A stretch of DNA of 63,819 nucleotides, counting the filler, from Sluysia triapertura (taxonomy: Eukaryota), in NCBI GenBank assembly GCA_046118255.1. It is 5 parts of 5 records of this genome, joined end to end, with 100 filler letters (N's around TTAATTAATTAA, not from the genome) between each part and the next. Parts side by side here need not be neighbours in the genome. Positions count along the whole stretch, not along the records: positions 24,783 to 40,596 come from JBJNIA010217807.1; positions 40,697 to 52,492 come from JBJNIA010170146.1; 3 more parts are not named here. The stretch is one strand, 5' to 3'. Below, one piece after another: positions 36,861 through 50,022 of this stretch. Position numbers and translations under genes: made by a program. Under the pieces are notes generated by a model, which was not told the origin of the DNA, did no database searches, and saw nothing but the letters and a program-made list of their open reading frames with translations. Position 1 is the stretch's first letter; the number at the start of each line of letters is the position of its first letter.

Positions 36861-39228
36861 ATAACGGAACGGTAGAATCTCGTGGCGCATCCTTCAGGAC
36901 AGCATATTTAACTTTTATCTATGTAATAAATAAAGTTTTATGTATTATTTGTTATTTGTTAACTTTCATTTTTAATTTAAAAAATAAATCTCAAAAATGT
37001 GTCTCTTTTTATCACAATGAAAAATTGAATTTTAACACAAAATCAAATTTATATATAACAATATTAAGTAACACTTCCAGTTGATATATATTTAAACATT
37101 AAAAAAGAAATGTAAGGAAATGGCGGTTCTTGCAATAAAACAATATGGCTGGGTACGTGAATATAAAGATGATAAAGCTGGTCATCCCGCATAATTCTAA
37201 TTGAGAACGATTAATAAATATTTCAAGAGAATTTTAAAAATAGTAGTTATGAACATGTGACAAATTAAAGGTTAAAAAAGGCTGAAACGAATGAAATTAG
37301 TTGTGGAAAACTTAGCTTAGCTCTCTCGACTTGTATTCTTGTTTATTCAAATAGGAACTATTAGATTTAGCATGCCATAGATGCAAGTATATCGAATTAT
37401 ATTGTAAAAATAAATTTGTAGGTGTGTTATTCCTTTGTTTCCTATTCGATTGTAAGGATTTTTAATGTAGTTTTAGCCTAATAAGTTTTGCTTAATGATA
37501 TGATAACAGTAAAAATAATATGGAAAGAGAAGATAGATCATTTTGTGTAATAAAAATGTGCAGTTAATTAACTAATTTTTTGCAATAATGATGATAATAA
37601 AATAATAATTGTTCGAATTTATAACTCCCAAACAAATATCAGAGAACATAACATTAGTAAATCAATCAGTAACAACAATGCAACAATAATAATATTATTA
37701 TTAACAACAATTTTGGTACAAAGGTAAATTTTGATTGTAAGTCAATGTGATTGTATTATGAAAATTGTGTGTGTGTGCGTATTATGTATACTTGTTATTT
37801 TTCTGTTAAATTGTGTTGATGTTTGTTTAGCACTTTATTGATAAATTGTTAGATTATATTGATGTTTGCTTGTGATTAGAGTATTTAGATTTAGAAATTT
37901 AAATTCAGCTTATAATACTGTTCTATCATCTCTATCAAATGATCCAAGTCAACATTTTAATGCAGGATGCGTGAATCAGACAAGTTCTAGAACAAGAAGA
38001 GATGCCAATATCGGCAGTAAAACACCGACATGCTAAACAAAGAGATTGAGGCGGTACGAGTGGGAGAAATGTACGTGAAAAATGGAACAATTATTAATTT
38101 TTGAAATAATGTTAGTTAATTCTTTCAAATTTGTCGAATGTGTAACTCATGATCCATTCGACATGTTAACGAATGTTTCACCTAAAACGTTCAGACAAAA
38201 CTTATCTATCGTTAGTTATCATTCTGTATCCAAAGTTTACTTTTTGTTCATATAAAAATGATTGTCTCTTTAGTTTTATATATAAATATGTGAATTTCGA
38301 TTTAGACAACTTTTTTATTTATGAAAATATTTTATTACAAATTATATTTTATTACATATCTCGTAATACATTACAAGCAGTTTCAATTGCTTCCAAATTG
38401 CATGCTACTGTTTCTGGATGTTTATCCTTTCTTTCCCAATTATTATTGAATCCTCCGGCTACCATTGAACTTTCGAACGCTTTTTGAAGAATCAAGAATT
38501 CTCCTATTTCGACAGCATGATCCTCCCAAGCACATTGCTAGTGCTAAAATTTTGTTTTGAAGTTCTTGTCGACACACCTTCTTGCGACCAGAATTTCCTT
38601 TAATTCTGGAAATGACTTTCATGCCGACTTTTTAAATTCTCCAACAACATCTTTAATTGTTCATTTTGGCAATTTCCTATTGTTAGTTCGCAGAACTTTT
38701 AATTTCCGTGATTTAAAGTGAGTTGGACTGAAAAGAAAATAACAGCGAGTTACTTTGGTACAGAGCCAAAAATTACAAATTTCAGAAATTGCTAGTTATT
38801 TATAAAATTATTATAAACTGAACAATTACTTCCCAAAAACTATTTTGTGATTTTAGATTCTCTATTGTTCTTAAACAAATCACATTGTTAAGTTAGCAAC
38901 AAATGTCAAATGAAACAATCATTTTTTGAACAGAGGTAGTATTAAAAAATAAAGATATTCAGAACTGGACAAGTATGTAATCAGTGGATCCAGAATAAGA
39001 CTTTCGAATAGATGATAGTTATTAATCGAGAAACGGTAATAAGACCGTTTTAAGTTATATTGAGCAACCACAGTAGTAACAATACAGATAGTGGAAATTG
39101 TAGATTATGCTTTAGCTTAGGTTGAAAAGTATTGGCATTATGAAGATATGAAGATTGTGTAAAGGTGATTATTGATTATACGAATATGCGAGAATATAAA
39201 AATGTATTGATAAATGGTTGAGTATGTA

Positions 39229-40040
39229 CAGAGTGTCCCAAAAGTAACCAAACAGCAAACTTAAATAAAAATTAATTATTAAAAACGACAAATTTAATAG
39301 GTATATTTAGTATTTCCAAATCTTCAAAATGTCCACCTTGAACTTCAATACAAGCACGATATCTTTTGACAACACTGCGACACACTTTCTGGATAGGTGT
39401 CCTCTGAAATTTGGTTCCATTCGTGATGAATACTTTGTTTTATTTGATCAACTGTTCATGGAAAACATCAGACTGTATCAGATCCGTGGATCTGTAAGAC
39501 CATTCGATTGGTCCAATCCAACATCCATTGTCGAACATCTTTGGTCTATTGCGCAGGTGCTCCATAATATTGAAAATGAAGATCACCGAAATGGGAAATT
39601 CGTTATCAATAGGAAACACTTTAGTCTTCAGTATATCAAGGTAACGTTCACCATTAACAGTTCCTTCAAAGAAGAATAGGCCAACTAGACCAGTGCTGCC
39701 GATTGTGACTGCAGGAAGATTAACTTTCTTTTCAGTAATATTACGGGAATTCTTATTGTCATAATAAACAGAATTTCGTCTGTTAACATCAAGCTTCATC
39801 ACTTCATAAGATGCAATCTGGAAAATCTGGTGATTCTTCACAAAATTCGAATCGTTTACCGGGTATTCGAAAGACTGCTATTCGCAGAAGGAAATGAATA
39901 GTAGCGAAGATAACATAAAATGACTTAAAAGAAGAAATTACATCTGAAAATATGAGTTTGAAAATGTGGTACTGTTTTTGAATACATGACTCAACACAGA
40001 GCACATCTGCAGAAAATCTTAATTTATAATCCACTGGATA
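39229..40040 (-). mobile_element. Decayed Tc1/mariner-superfamily element (maT/rosa-like DDxD)
   Basis: GLFFFEGTVNGERYLDIL, WIGPIEWSYRSTDL (WPPRSPDL motif) and CIEVQGGHFE; terminus TA|CAGAGTGTCCCAAAAGT. Confidence 0.85.
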
Positions 40041-40326
40041 ACTTTATTTCCATTCGAAAATATATTTTTTTATTATCGAAAATATATATCTTATTATAGA
40101 GAATTTTAGAGTTATTTTTTAAAACAAATTTAATAATGATTTTAGTTTATCAATACAACATTAAAACTACATTTTACTATTTCTATTTCCGTTTTACTAC
40201 TAATGGATACATAGTTTTGATTTAATTTTACTTAATTTTTTGATTTATAAACAATAATAACAATACTAATTTCTGTAGCACTAATATCTATTATGAAATA
40301 AGTATTCAAAAGTGTTTGGAATGTGC

Positions 40327-40463
40327 CATTAGTCATATTAATCATTAGTCATATTAATCATTAGTCATAATATTAGTCATTAGTCATAATATTAGTCATT
40401 AGTCATAATATTAATCATTAGTCATAATATTAGTCATTAGTCATAATACTAATCATTAGTCAC
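40327..40463. repeat. ATTAGTCAT-based minisatellite (16-19 bp period)
   Basis: CATTAGTCATAATATTA(G/A)T repeated in tandem. Confidence 0.9.
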
Positions 40464-40478
40464 AATATAATAAATAAT

Positions 40479-40596
40479 TGTAGTGGTCAACCTCTTAATT
40501 TAAAAATAAAATAAAATTTATCACATAAAACAACATCACTCATCACACCCTTCAAACATAAAACACCACTCAACTCATTTCATATAACAATAAAAT
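40479..40596 (+). repeat. TGTAGTGGTCAAC-initiated G-depleted repeat head, cut by a gap
   Basis: Start motif followed by a G-free tract up to the N gap. Confidence 0.7.
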
Positions 40597-40696
40597 NNNN
40601 NNNNNNNNNNNNNNNNNNNNNNNNNNNNNNNNNNNNNNNNTTAATTAATTAANNNNNNNNNNNNNNNNNNNNNNNNNNNNNNNNNNNNNNNNNNNN
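40597..40696. other. Artificial assembly gap/linker
   Basis: 44 N + TTAATTAATTAA + 44 N. Confidence 0.98.
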
Positions 40697-41176
40697 TTAG
40701 AAATTTATTGTAAATATTCTAGAATTTTATTTCAAAAAACACTCAAGAAGGATAATGAAAATTCATGATTTTTCAGACCACTATATTGTCATTTATTTAT
40801 CGATCATGCACCAATGCACCAGGAACAGCCCTATTAATTTATATTGCAATAATATCTACTATAAAATAAATAAATAAAATCTGCTGTCGTTTTTCTAACT
40901 CTTAATCTACGGCAAAATATTTTTTGAGCAGGCCCCGGTAACAATAAACATCTTATGTCGTGAAGAAGGTGTTCTTATAACTAAATAAGCTAATATTTTA
41001 CCTGAATATAGGTGTTCTGTTGTTAGGCTCTTTAACAAATACTCAAATGATATAAAATTTTAATATTTTTAATAAAAACAAAAATATCAACTTTATTTAC
41101 ACAAATATCAAAAGATATTAGAGTAATAATAAAAACAGAAGATAGCAATAAAAAGATATTTTAAGGATTAAAGATC

Positions 41177-41890
41177 TGTGGTGGCCAACCTTTTCATTGA
41201 AAATTTAAAATCATTTTTTATCACATTTAATAACATTTTACATTTGCTAAAACATTTCAACATATTTAAACTCCTCAAATTCACAATCTTACAACACCAA
41301 ACTTACATTTTCATTCAAACCATCAATGTAGATTTCAAATTTAATTCAAATCAATTTTAACTCACAATTTCACAACATTCTAATCACAATCTACATCTAA
41401 AATTATCACTGAATAAGTTGAAATTAATCTAACACATTTCAAGGTCACAATCCTTAACACCTTTGAAAAACCTTAGCCTCACAATTCTTAATTATTTTTT
41501 AATATTTACGTCAACAAAACGCTACTTAAGTTAAATTCATTTTTGTAATATGTTAAGAAATAAGAGAAAGGAAAGAATCTTAGAGAGTTTATGCACTTTA
41601 AACTTAATCTTATTTGTACTAGTTTTAATTTATCATTGGTTTGATTTATTCAGCCATTAATATTATCAGTGTCATTCTCATTATCTTAGTTGCCGTGTAG
41701 GTTTAATCAAAATGACTGTCAATTTGACATTTTAATTTATTATAATTTTCATCAATGGTTACAACACGGAATCACTGATCGTAACATGCCTCATATATTT
41801 GTTGCAATTTTTGATTTTGTTTCAAATGGCCAATCAGAGGATTCAGTGACACATATAGCTGGAAATGAATATTGATAATTGGTGGATTAA
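41177..41890 (+). repeat. TGTGGTGGCCAAC family head, shorter diverged copy
   Basis: Start motif, G-poor tract, AATATGTTAAGAA..GAGTTTATGCA, TATCAGTG, and a CCAATCA..ATTGG pair in the same order as 34381-35385. Confidence 0.7.
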
Positions 41891-42714
41891 AAATTTCTAA
41901 ATTTAAATTTACCTATTAATAATGTAATATATTTGTTAAAAAAAGTCACACTATTAATTTTCTGCATTAATTCTGATTTGTATATGCATTTATAGTCTTC
42001 ATCCAGTAACGTTCCAAGAAATTGCAACTTCAAAAACAATCAACATTTTTTGTTACGGTACGTAATAGGAATCGATAGAATGTTCTAGAAGCTTCTATTC
42101 TGTTTTTAGAAGCTAATTTTCTTTTTTTGAAAAATAATTTCGTTCTTAGAAAATAAATTACTTTTTAGAAAATAAATATTTTTGAAGTGATTTTTAAAGG
42201 TTTTAAAAGGCTTTTAAAGCATTTTAAACGATTTTAGAGGGTTTTATTTAAATCATTCATTATAATATTTCTGAAGCAAAGAACTTTGCCTTTTCTTAAA
42301 TATTTCATAATTTAACATTCTCTAGTAGCTGGTTGTTTATTTTTGAAGTATTCACGATTTATTTCTTATTATCTCTGTGAATTCTATAAAAATTATTATA
42401 CATTTTGATTTCAGAATTTTTACTGAATGTGTTTTATTTTAATTTTAATTTCAAGAATTAATTTTTAATTTTAAAATATTAAAATAGAAACTAAATGATA
42501 AAGATAAGGCTAAAACAAATCTAATTTTGGAAACTATGAAGATTAATATTCAAAAGTTTTGGCATTTGAAAATTAAATCTTGCTAGATCTAGATTTATTT
42601 ACCATGAAATTATAAACCATTTATTTATTTAATTTTGTACAATTTTATTATTATTTATTATTATTACTTATTACTATTAATATTATTATTTATTATTAGT
42701 AATTATTATTATCA

Positions 42715-43070
42715 TGCGGTTTTAATAGTTGCAAAGAAAACACACCAACTTCTTGTTTTAACTGATTTGAGTTCGATTTAAGTCTGGTATCTAAAAATGA
42801 GCATATCCGGCATTTACTCCTTTTCTATTTCCGCTCCATATCGAACCATCTTTCTGGTCTCACATTTGAAAACGAAGAAGCAATAACAAGGTGGATTTAA
42901 GAATTTTTCGACCAAAAATCACCAAACTTCTTCAAACGTGGAAATGACAAAGTGCCTGATCGATTGAGACTGAGATATTTGTTTTTTTCTAATGATTTAA
43001 TAAATTCATTTTGTTATCTGGAATTTTTTGTATGGTTTTTATTATTGATCAGTATACATTTTTCATAATT
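42715..43070 (+). mobile_element. Second deleted copy of the mariner family at 29522-30242
   Basis: Shares CAAAGAAAACACACCAACTTCTTGTTTTAACT and TTCTAATGATTTAATAAATTCATTTTGTTATCTGGAATTTTTTG with that element. Confidence 0.88.
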
Positions 43071-44966
43071 GTATTATTATTATATTAATTATTATTATTA
43101 TATTAATTATTATTACATTTCTTGATTAAATTTGAATAAATAATTGTAAAATAAAATTATAAATTCATAATTCCAATGATTTAAGTCAAATTAATTAAAT
43201 CAGTTTTTTCAATAAAGTAATTTTACGCATTAATAAACACACGTCTTTGAAATTAATAAATTTAATTCGTTTTAATTTATTAAATAATTGTATTTAATTG
43301 ATTTTCTATTTTCTATTTTAGTTCTACTTTTATAATGCTTTTTTTATATCATTTGTGTTACATAATTTATAATGAAGAAAATTTTAATTTTTTCTTCAAG
43401 GAATTCCAGCCATATTGAATAAAACCTATTAAGAATTATTTTTAAAATATTAATTAAATTTTAAAACACTACACTAAGTTTCTTGAGAAAGTTTTTATCC
43501 AGAAAAAACAAAAGGTTTTAGAAAAAATTATTAAATTAAAAGAAACAAACAACTATTATCATTATTATTATTATTAAATTAAATAAATAATAAAATGAAT
43601 TTTTAAATAAATAATTAATATTTAAAGAAATATTCACCGAAATTAATCTTAGTATCAATTTTAGAAATATTAAAAGATTAAACATATTTAAATAGGCAGA
43701 TTAATATTTCTTAACTTACATAATGAGTTTTTGACCAAATAATAATACAAATAATATTATAATTACGATAAAAATAATAGTTTTATTATTTATTATTATT
43801 GTTATTAAATTTGATTGTATAGAAACATTCGCTTCATCACATCCTTTAGAGGGGTTCCTTAAGTAAAATTCAATAATTAAAAGGTTATATTTGTCAAATA
43901 AAAGTATCTTTAAAAACCTCAATAAAAAGAAACATTATTTTTATAATTATAAGTACAAAATTTATTAATAGAGGTCTCATGAAAAACTTTATCTTAAAAA
44001 ATTACATTGATTACCATTAAAAGTAAAAATAGTAACTGAAAGAATACCACAGCTTGAAGATAAATGGATCAATATTTTATAAAGTTTTACAAATAATTAA
44101 TTAATTAATTTAATTAGAATTGTTTGAATGAATTAATTTAATTAGATGTTTGCAATGAAACACATCAACATAGATAATGTAAAATCATCATTTTTAATTA
44201 ATTTTCTTTATTATAAAGTTAAATTTCTATGTATTATAATGAGCATACATAATAAAAGTTTTTATCAAATTAAGTGATCATTCTAAATATTTTATTGTAT
44301 CAAATGTTGTTATTGAAAACAAGTTTTATATTTGATTAGATTTATATTCAATTTAAGTTAATCTATTGTTGTATTGATAAGTATTATTCTGTTATCTTAA
44401 ATTTTAATTTTATTATTTTCAAAAGATAAGAGTTTGTTTGCCACAAAATATAAAGACATAAATTTATGTTCAAATTTGATTAATAAAACCGACTCTAAGA
44501 AGTAAGGATGTCATGTCGACATGCACAATAATTATCCAAACACTATATAAATAACCACATTTTTCTATCATTAGGTACAAAAAACAGATTAGGAGAAAAT
44601 TATCTACTTTTGCTGTAAGAAAGCTGATTGAATACAGTAGTAGAAAACACTGATTGAATCTTAAAATTCTTTAGAAACCGAACTTATTTGTGGTCAGTTG
44701 AGTCCTGAATTTTTATTATTTATGCATTGTATTTTGGGTACTAACATTTATTTGTGTTGTGTAACCCCTGAGATTGAGTATTATAATTGAATTTTATTTT
44801 ACTGAATAATTAATTATCTTAAAGGACTATGTTATATTAACTTTACCATTATTTGATTTTTATTGTGATATAATTGTAATATATGGAGATTGAGACTCAT
44901 TTAATTGTCTTTTATAATTTAAAGAATATTAAAAAGATAAAAACACATTAATTTATAAATACATAC

Positions 44967-45125
44967 TGTTGGGGTAAAAGGCCTATTAAGTGCCAAGTAG
45001 TATAAATGAATATAATGAAAATGAAATTGTTAGACGGGGCTGATAGCTCAGTGGTATAGCATTCGAACTGCGCAGCGATGGTCCGGGGTTCGATCCCCGG
45101 TCAGTCCATTTTACGAAATCTAACA
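44967..45125 (+). mobile_element. Solo tRNA-containing LTR (159 bp) with 4-bp TSD ATAC
   Basis: ATAC|TGTTGGGG...AATCTAACA|ATAC; contains the tRNA-like unit at 45037-45108. Confidence 0.85.
45037..45108 (+). ncRNA. tRNA-like Pol III unit (repeat-borne; Cys/Ala-like, anticodon arm disrupted)
   Basis: Acceptor stem GGGCTGA/TCAGTCC, A box TAGCTCAGTGG, T arm CCGGGGTTCGATCCCCGG (B box), TTTT terminator at 45109-45112. The anticodon arm pairs poorly, so it is not called a functional tRNA. Confidence 0.75.
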
Positions 45126-45391
45126 ATACTTTATGTAAGTCCTGGAATAAATCTTAGAAATAATATAAAACAAACTGAGTACTTATTTTACCGTAGATAT
45201 TAGTTTGATATAAATTAACATATTATTATTACAGGATGTCCATCCTTATTTCAATTATTAAAGTTTACTAATCCTTATTTCATTTATTGCCAATTTAGAA
45301 CTTAAATTTAAATTTTATAAAACTTAATTATTCTTGCTATATTAAAATAAGTGAAATAAGGGCAAAACGGAAAAATGTTTTACATCCAAAT

Positions 45392-45485
45392 ATCCATTTG
45401 GTATAATTGAATAGAATAATATAAAATTGTTAGACGTGGTCAGAACATCGAATTGCACAACTGTAAAGCGAGAGGTGCCAGGTTC
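45392..45485 (+). repeat. Fragment of the tRNA-containing LTR
   Basis: CCATTTGGTATAATTGA..AAAATTGTTAGACG..CATCGAATTGCACA..GCGAGAGGT..GGTTC. Confidence 0.6.
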
Positions 45486-46807
45486 TGGAAGATTATGAAA
45501 TATTTAAGACAAAGGCAGTATTATAGTGAATGATTTATTTTACGCGCTTTTGAATACTAACTCAGTAGATATAAGCGCAATATAAATTAATATATTATTG
45601 TACTACAAATATTATTGTTAATTTTATTAATACCAACTTATTATTTATTTAGTGTTAATATTACCATTATATATAATCATTATTATAATTTATTATTATT
45701 ACTTTATTCAAATTAAATGCATTTATTAAATTCCATTGTTTTGTCGACTTACAGTCGCAGACGCAATTAAATATTGATAAAATATTTCCCAAATTTTTAA
45801 TTGTTTATTTTTTTAATTGTAATTAAATAATTCTTTAATATTTTATTTGAAAAGTTTAGTGAAAATAAATTTATTAAAAGTCAGAAATTATAAATCAAAA
45901 ATTGTTACAGAATTTTAACATTATTTGATAATTTCCTGATTGTTTCACAAAGATTAAAGAAGATGTGCGAACATCCGACATAATTATTATCGATCGAAGT
46001 TTATTATAATTATAATTATTAATAGTAATAATAATAATAATAATAATTATTATTAATTTTATGAAAATTAAACAATTAATTATTAATTATTAAAATTAAA
46101 ATTGATTATTAAATCATAATATATTTAATAATCGAATATTAAAATAAGTTCTAACGTACTGAATTATATATTTAAAAATGGAGCTTTTTAAATATCACCA
46201 TATAAATTTTATGTACCTTAAATTTTCAAATTAGTGATTTCGTCCACGAAATTTTATGAACTCGTTAAATGATTCTATTTCTCCTCATAACGATGGTTTA
46301 ATTATGACTGATTTGGAAATTGACTATACAAACCGTTTTTAAACCAGCCGGAAAAATAATCTCAATGGATCAATCTCATAATTGTAGATCCTTAATTAAA
46401 AAATCATTGAAAATTGGCATAATTAATTTTAATAATTGTTTGTGTGTACGAATGGTTTTAAGTAAGACAAAAATTACACAAATATAAATAATATATTTTA
46501 TATAGAAGTTTACTTGAATTAATTTGAATGAATTATAATTCAATTATGACAATAATTTAATACCTTTTTTAAATTAGATAGAATTTAAGTTGATTTTAGA
46601 ATAAGTAAAAGTTCTCACCTGTCAATTGTGGGCAGTTAGTTCCAAGATTTCAGACATTTCTCAAGTTTTGTTAAGAATTTCTGAGCAATACAATTCAGAT
46701 GGTTGAAAATTGAACACTTTTTGTATAAAATTATTATTTATAATATTTAATGCAGGGTCGGATCTAGGGTTATGAAAGCTCCGGGCAAAACAAAATTTCA
46801 TACAAGA

Positions 46808-46915
46808 TGTTAGACTTCGTAAAATGGACTGACCGGGGACCGAACCCGGGACCATCGTCTGCGCAGTCGATGCTCTACCACTGAGCTATCAGTCCCGTCT
46901 AACAATTTCATTTTT
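46808..46915 (-). mobile_element. 5'-truncated tRNA-containing LTR
   Basis: Perfect inner inverted repeat TGTTAGAC (46808)/GTCTAACA (46897-46904) around a well-preserved tRNA-like unit. Confidence 0.85.
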
Positions 46916-47130
46916 TTAATACAAACATATAGAATAACATAACGAGCTCATTTGAAGTTTGAGCGAGAACTTTGAAAAGTAAGTTATGCTATTCCTATTG
47001 TATATTGCTATTTGTCAAAAATTCAATAACACAGTTAATTAAATTAATTTTTTTCAAAATCAGTTTGTAAACAGTTTACAATATTAAAATAATCAGTTAA
47101 AATAATAATAATTATTATTATTATTTTTAT

Positions 47131-47273
47131 TGTTAGACTTCGTAAAATGGACTGACCGAGGATCGAACCCGAAACCTCTTGCTGCGCATTTCGGTACTTT
47201 ACCATTGAGGTATCAATTTTATTTTATTATAGTCAATTTCACCAAATGGCACTTTAGGTCTTTTACCCCAACA
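47131..47273 (-). mobile_element. Solo tRNA-containing LTR (143 bp) with 4-bp TSD TTAT
   Basis: TTAT|TGTTAGACTTCG...TTTTACCCCAACA|TTAT; the TSD lies in AT-rich sequence, so it is weaker evidence. Confidence 0.8.
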
Positions 47274-47719
47274 TTATTATTATTAGAATTAGTATTAGTA
47301 TTATTATTATGTCAAAATTATCAATTTTAGTGCTATTACTATTTAAACAAAATTGTATGCTCCTTTCTTAGATTAAAAATTGAAAATGTTATTTAAATAT
47401 TTATTTGCGAGACACATATTTTACAAAATATGAATTATGTAGTTAAATATAAATGAAACTAACCTGTTCTGGTCAACTGTCCAGTACTTTCAGACAGTTG
47501 TTAGACGGTTCACTTGTTTTCGCCAGTAGCACTCTATTTAATACTTTTTAAATTTCTTATAATACAAACATTGTAATTTCGATTTATATTTACGAATTCA
47601 ACACAAAAAAATTATAAACGATTCAAAGTTTTATTAAATGACAAGTTAAATAATAAACATTTCTAAAACAACACAATAAAAATTTATAAAGGTCTAGCCG
47701 GGAGACTCGACCTTATGAT

Positions 47720-48351
47720 ACGGATTTTGTAATTGACCTTATGGGCCAACTAAAAGGCAATGATTTTAGATTTTAAAATTATTTTATGAATGATCTTAAT
47801 GACCAATCAAAACAAACTTACTGATTCAATTAATAAATTAATGTTCAAGCTCAGAAAGCGTTTTCGAGGTAACTTGAATGATTAGTTTGCTGAGAATTTG
47901 AAGTTGCAATCCCTCTTATCGTATACGCAAAATATAATGCTGCTGGATGATTGATTGATTTAATAACCAAAAAACGGTGGATGGGATTGATAATTTTCGA
48001 ATTAATGGCGTCTATGATTTCTTCAATAATGATGACGTTTTTCTTTATCTGTGTTTCTTTTTATATGCATAAAGCCATATTTTAAAAATTACTTTAATAA
48101 AACAATTTTCTATTCTCGAACATTCTTTTTAATTCTTTTTAGGTTACTCTTAATATAATTAATTATTAATTTTAATTTAAGTATTATGAGGATTTTTTAA
48201 ATAATAATAATTTTTACAATATTTTAGAATTTTTTAAAATATAAAATATAAAAATTTTTACACCTTTACATTAATTTAAAACTTATATTTAAATTTTGTA
48301 TTTACAGTTTGTATTTGTAAATAGAAGTAGTGTTAAAACGTGGTCACAACA
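47720..48351 (-). repeat. Dispersed ~600-bp repeat, inverted relative to a copy at ~51080-51660
   Basis: TTGACCTTATGGGCCAAC vs GTTGGCCCTTAAGGTCAA, plus a shared AAAAAGAATGTTC block; this copy begins TGTTGTGACCA on the minus strand. Confidence 0.55.
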
Positions 48352-50022
48352 TAGTTTTCTATCACAAACAATGTGACACATATTTTTATCATTTGAATTA
48401 ATGGAACTTTTGATTTTTGAATTGTTATCCTAATTGGAGACACTTGCAACCATAGTGTTAACACTGTGTTCTTTTCTCATTGTTATTTGTTAAAACATAA
48501 GCTTAAAATATGTGCAATTTTCAAAGTATTTTAACGAAACTTTAAATTCTTATCGAAATTTCATTTATTCATAAATAGTACAACCGATTTATTTAAACTA
48601 AGTTGTGTGTTTTCAAGAAGTATCCAAAGGGAGAGGCAGGTGAACCAGGGCGCAGCGTCATGGTTGCTACTAGAAAAATAGAAAAAGAAATAAATGTATA
48701 GTGTTTTTGACCATTGGTGGTGGTGTTTGGGGGCTCCAGGTCGAGGTCTTTACTCTCCCTCGGAATTTAAGTTCTCTAAACTTTACGTTCTTTATGTGTG
48801 TGAAGTTCTTAATCTGTTATTACAAATAGTAATATGTTATTGAATCTATAAAAATCCCTTAAATCCACATTTTAAGTAGGTGAATAAAATTACAAGGATA
48901 TTTTTATAATATATTATTGTTTGAAACCCTCATTTTAAATAGAGAAGTAAAATCATTTTTCAATTGGTTCTAAAAAAAAGGTTAATGTTAAAAAAATTGC
49001 TGTTGGGTAGCATGTTTACTTGCATTTTTGAAAATAATTATATTTGACCTCCAATTTCTTTGCGAATATTATCTTATAAAATCTTTTCCATTTATGAAAT
49101 ATTTGATAATAATGAGAAACAGAATTCAGATCGATTCCAAATGGTTTTGAAATATGAATAGGAAATAGTTTGGGAAATGAGAGTCTGGCGATGTTACATT
49201 GGAACGAAGAAGAGATCCATTGGCAAATCGATTCAAAAAATAAAGTATAATATAAATTTTCGGGGAGAATGGATACATTAAGCGGTGTCGTGATAGTATG
49301 TTTTTGGGAATAGTGCCGACGAATTTTATTTATATGTTTCATTGTCGAGAAATGAAACTGAAGTTCCGTCATAATGAAACTGAAGAAACGATATGAAATA
49401 CGATAATCAGTCTCTCAGTGATGGTGACATAATCGTAAACATGAAATGGATGTAAATATTTTGTGAAAATATACAAAGTGAAAATTTATTATTATTTGGA
49501 ATTTTATTAGTTTTGTGTATCATAAATATTACCTTGATTTTATTGAATATATTTAAATGGTGTCAAATAAAATAAATCACAACACAATAACAGCTACTAA
49601 AAGTTTATCAGACTTTGGTCACGAGTAATAATTCAAGAAATCTGTTAACAAATGTTTTAACGGATAAATTATCGAATATCATTATGATAACCGTAAGTTT
49701 TTTGTGTTAAGATTTATTTCACATATGTGAAACTCAAAATCTACTTAAACTTTATTTAAAATTGTGTTAAGACAATCTAAAAATCACTCTAAAATAAAGT
49801 TCTTTAATCAATTATTGTAATTTGTGTATATTTCTTAGTTGTATTGAAAATCTTCTTAATTACTATTTTATACATTTGATAAAATAAAATTTAAAAATTT
49901 AAATTTTTTGATGTCGTAGAATGTAAGCGGACTGATAATATTAAAAAATTAATTTGCTTTAAGATAAAAAAAAGAAAAAATTCGAGCAGAATAATGTTGC
50001 TATGTAAATCAACGGTAGTTGG

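Noticed and set aside
38380-38730. Coding-like minus-strand segment
   Set aside because: Multiple stops and no recognisable motif; cannot be assigned without a search.
39329-39679. 116-aa plus-strand ORF
   Set aside because: Antisense shadow of the decayed Tc1/mariner transposase.
41178-41360. Short F/I/L/N-rich ORFs here and elsewhere (e.g. 24266, 34240, 35021, 61634)
   Set aside because: Products of G-poor or AAT/ATT low-complexity sequence, with no family motifs.
45037-45108. Functional tRNA gene cluster (copies near 17.7, 33.3, 45.0, 46.8, 47.2 and 50.0 kb)
   Set aside because: The anticodon arm is malformed, copies are variably deleted, and all share repeat-type flanks, two of them with TSDs.
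46808-47273. Second two-LTR TRIM
   Set aside because: No PBS follows the upstream copy, that copy has its own TTAT TSD, and the spacer contains an unrelated repeat also seen at 24789.
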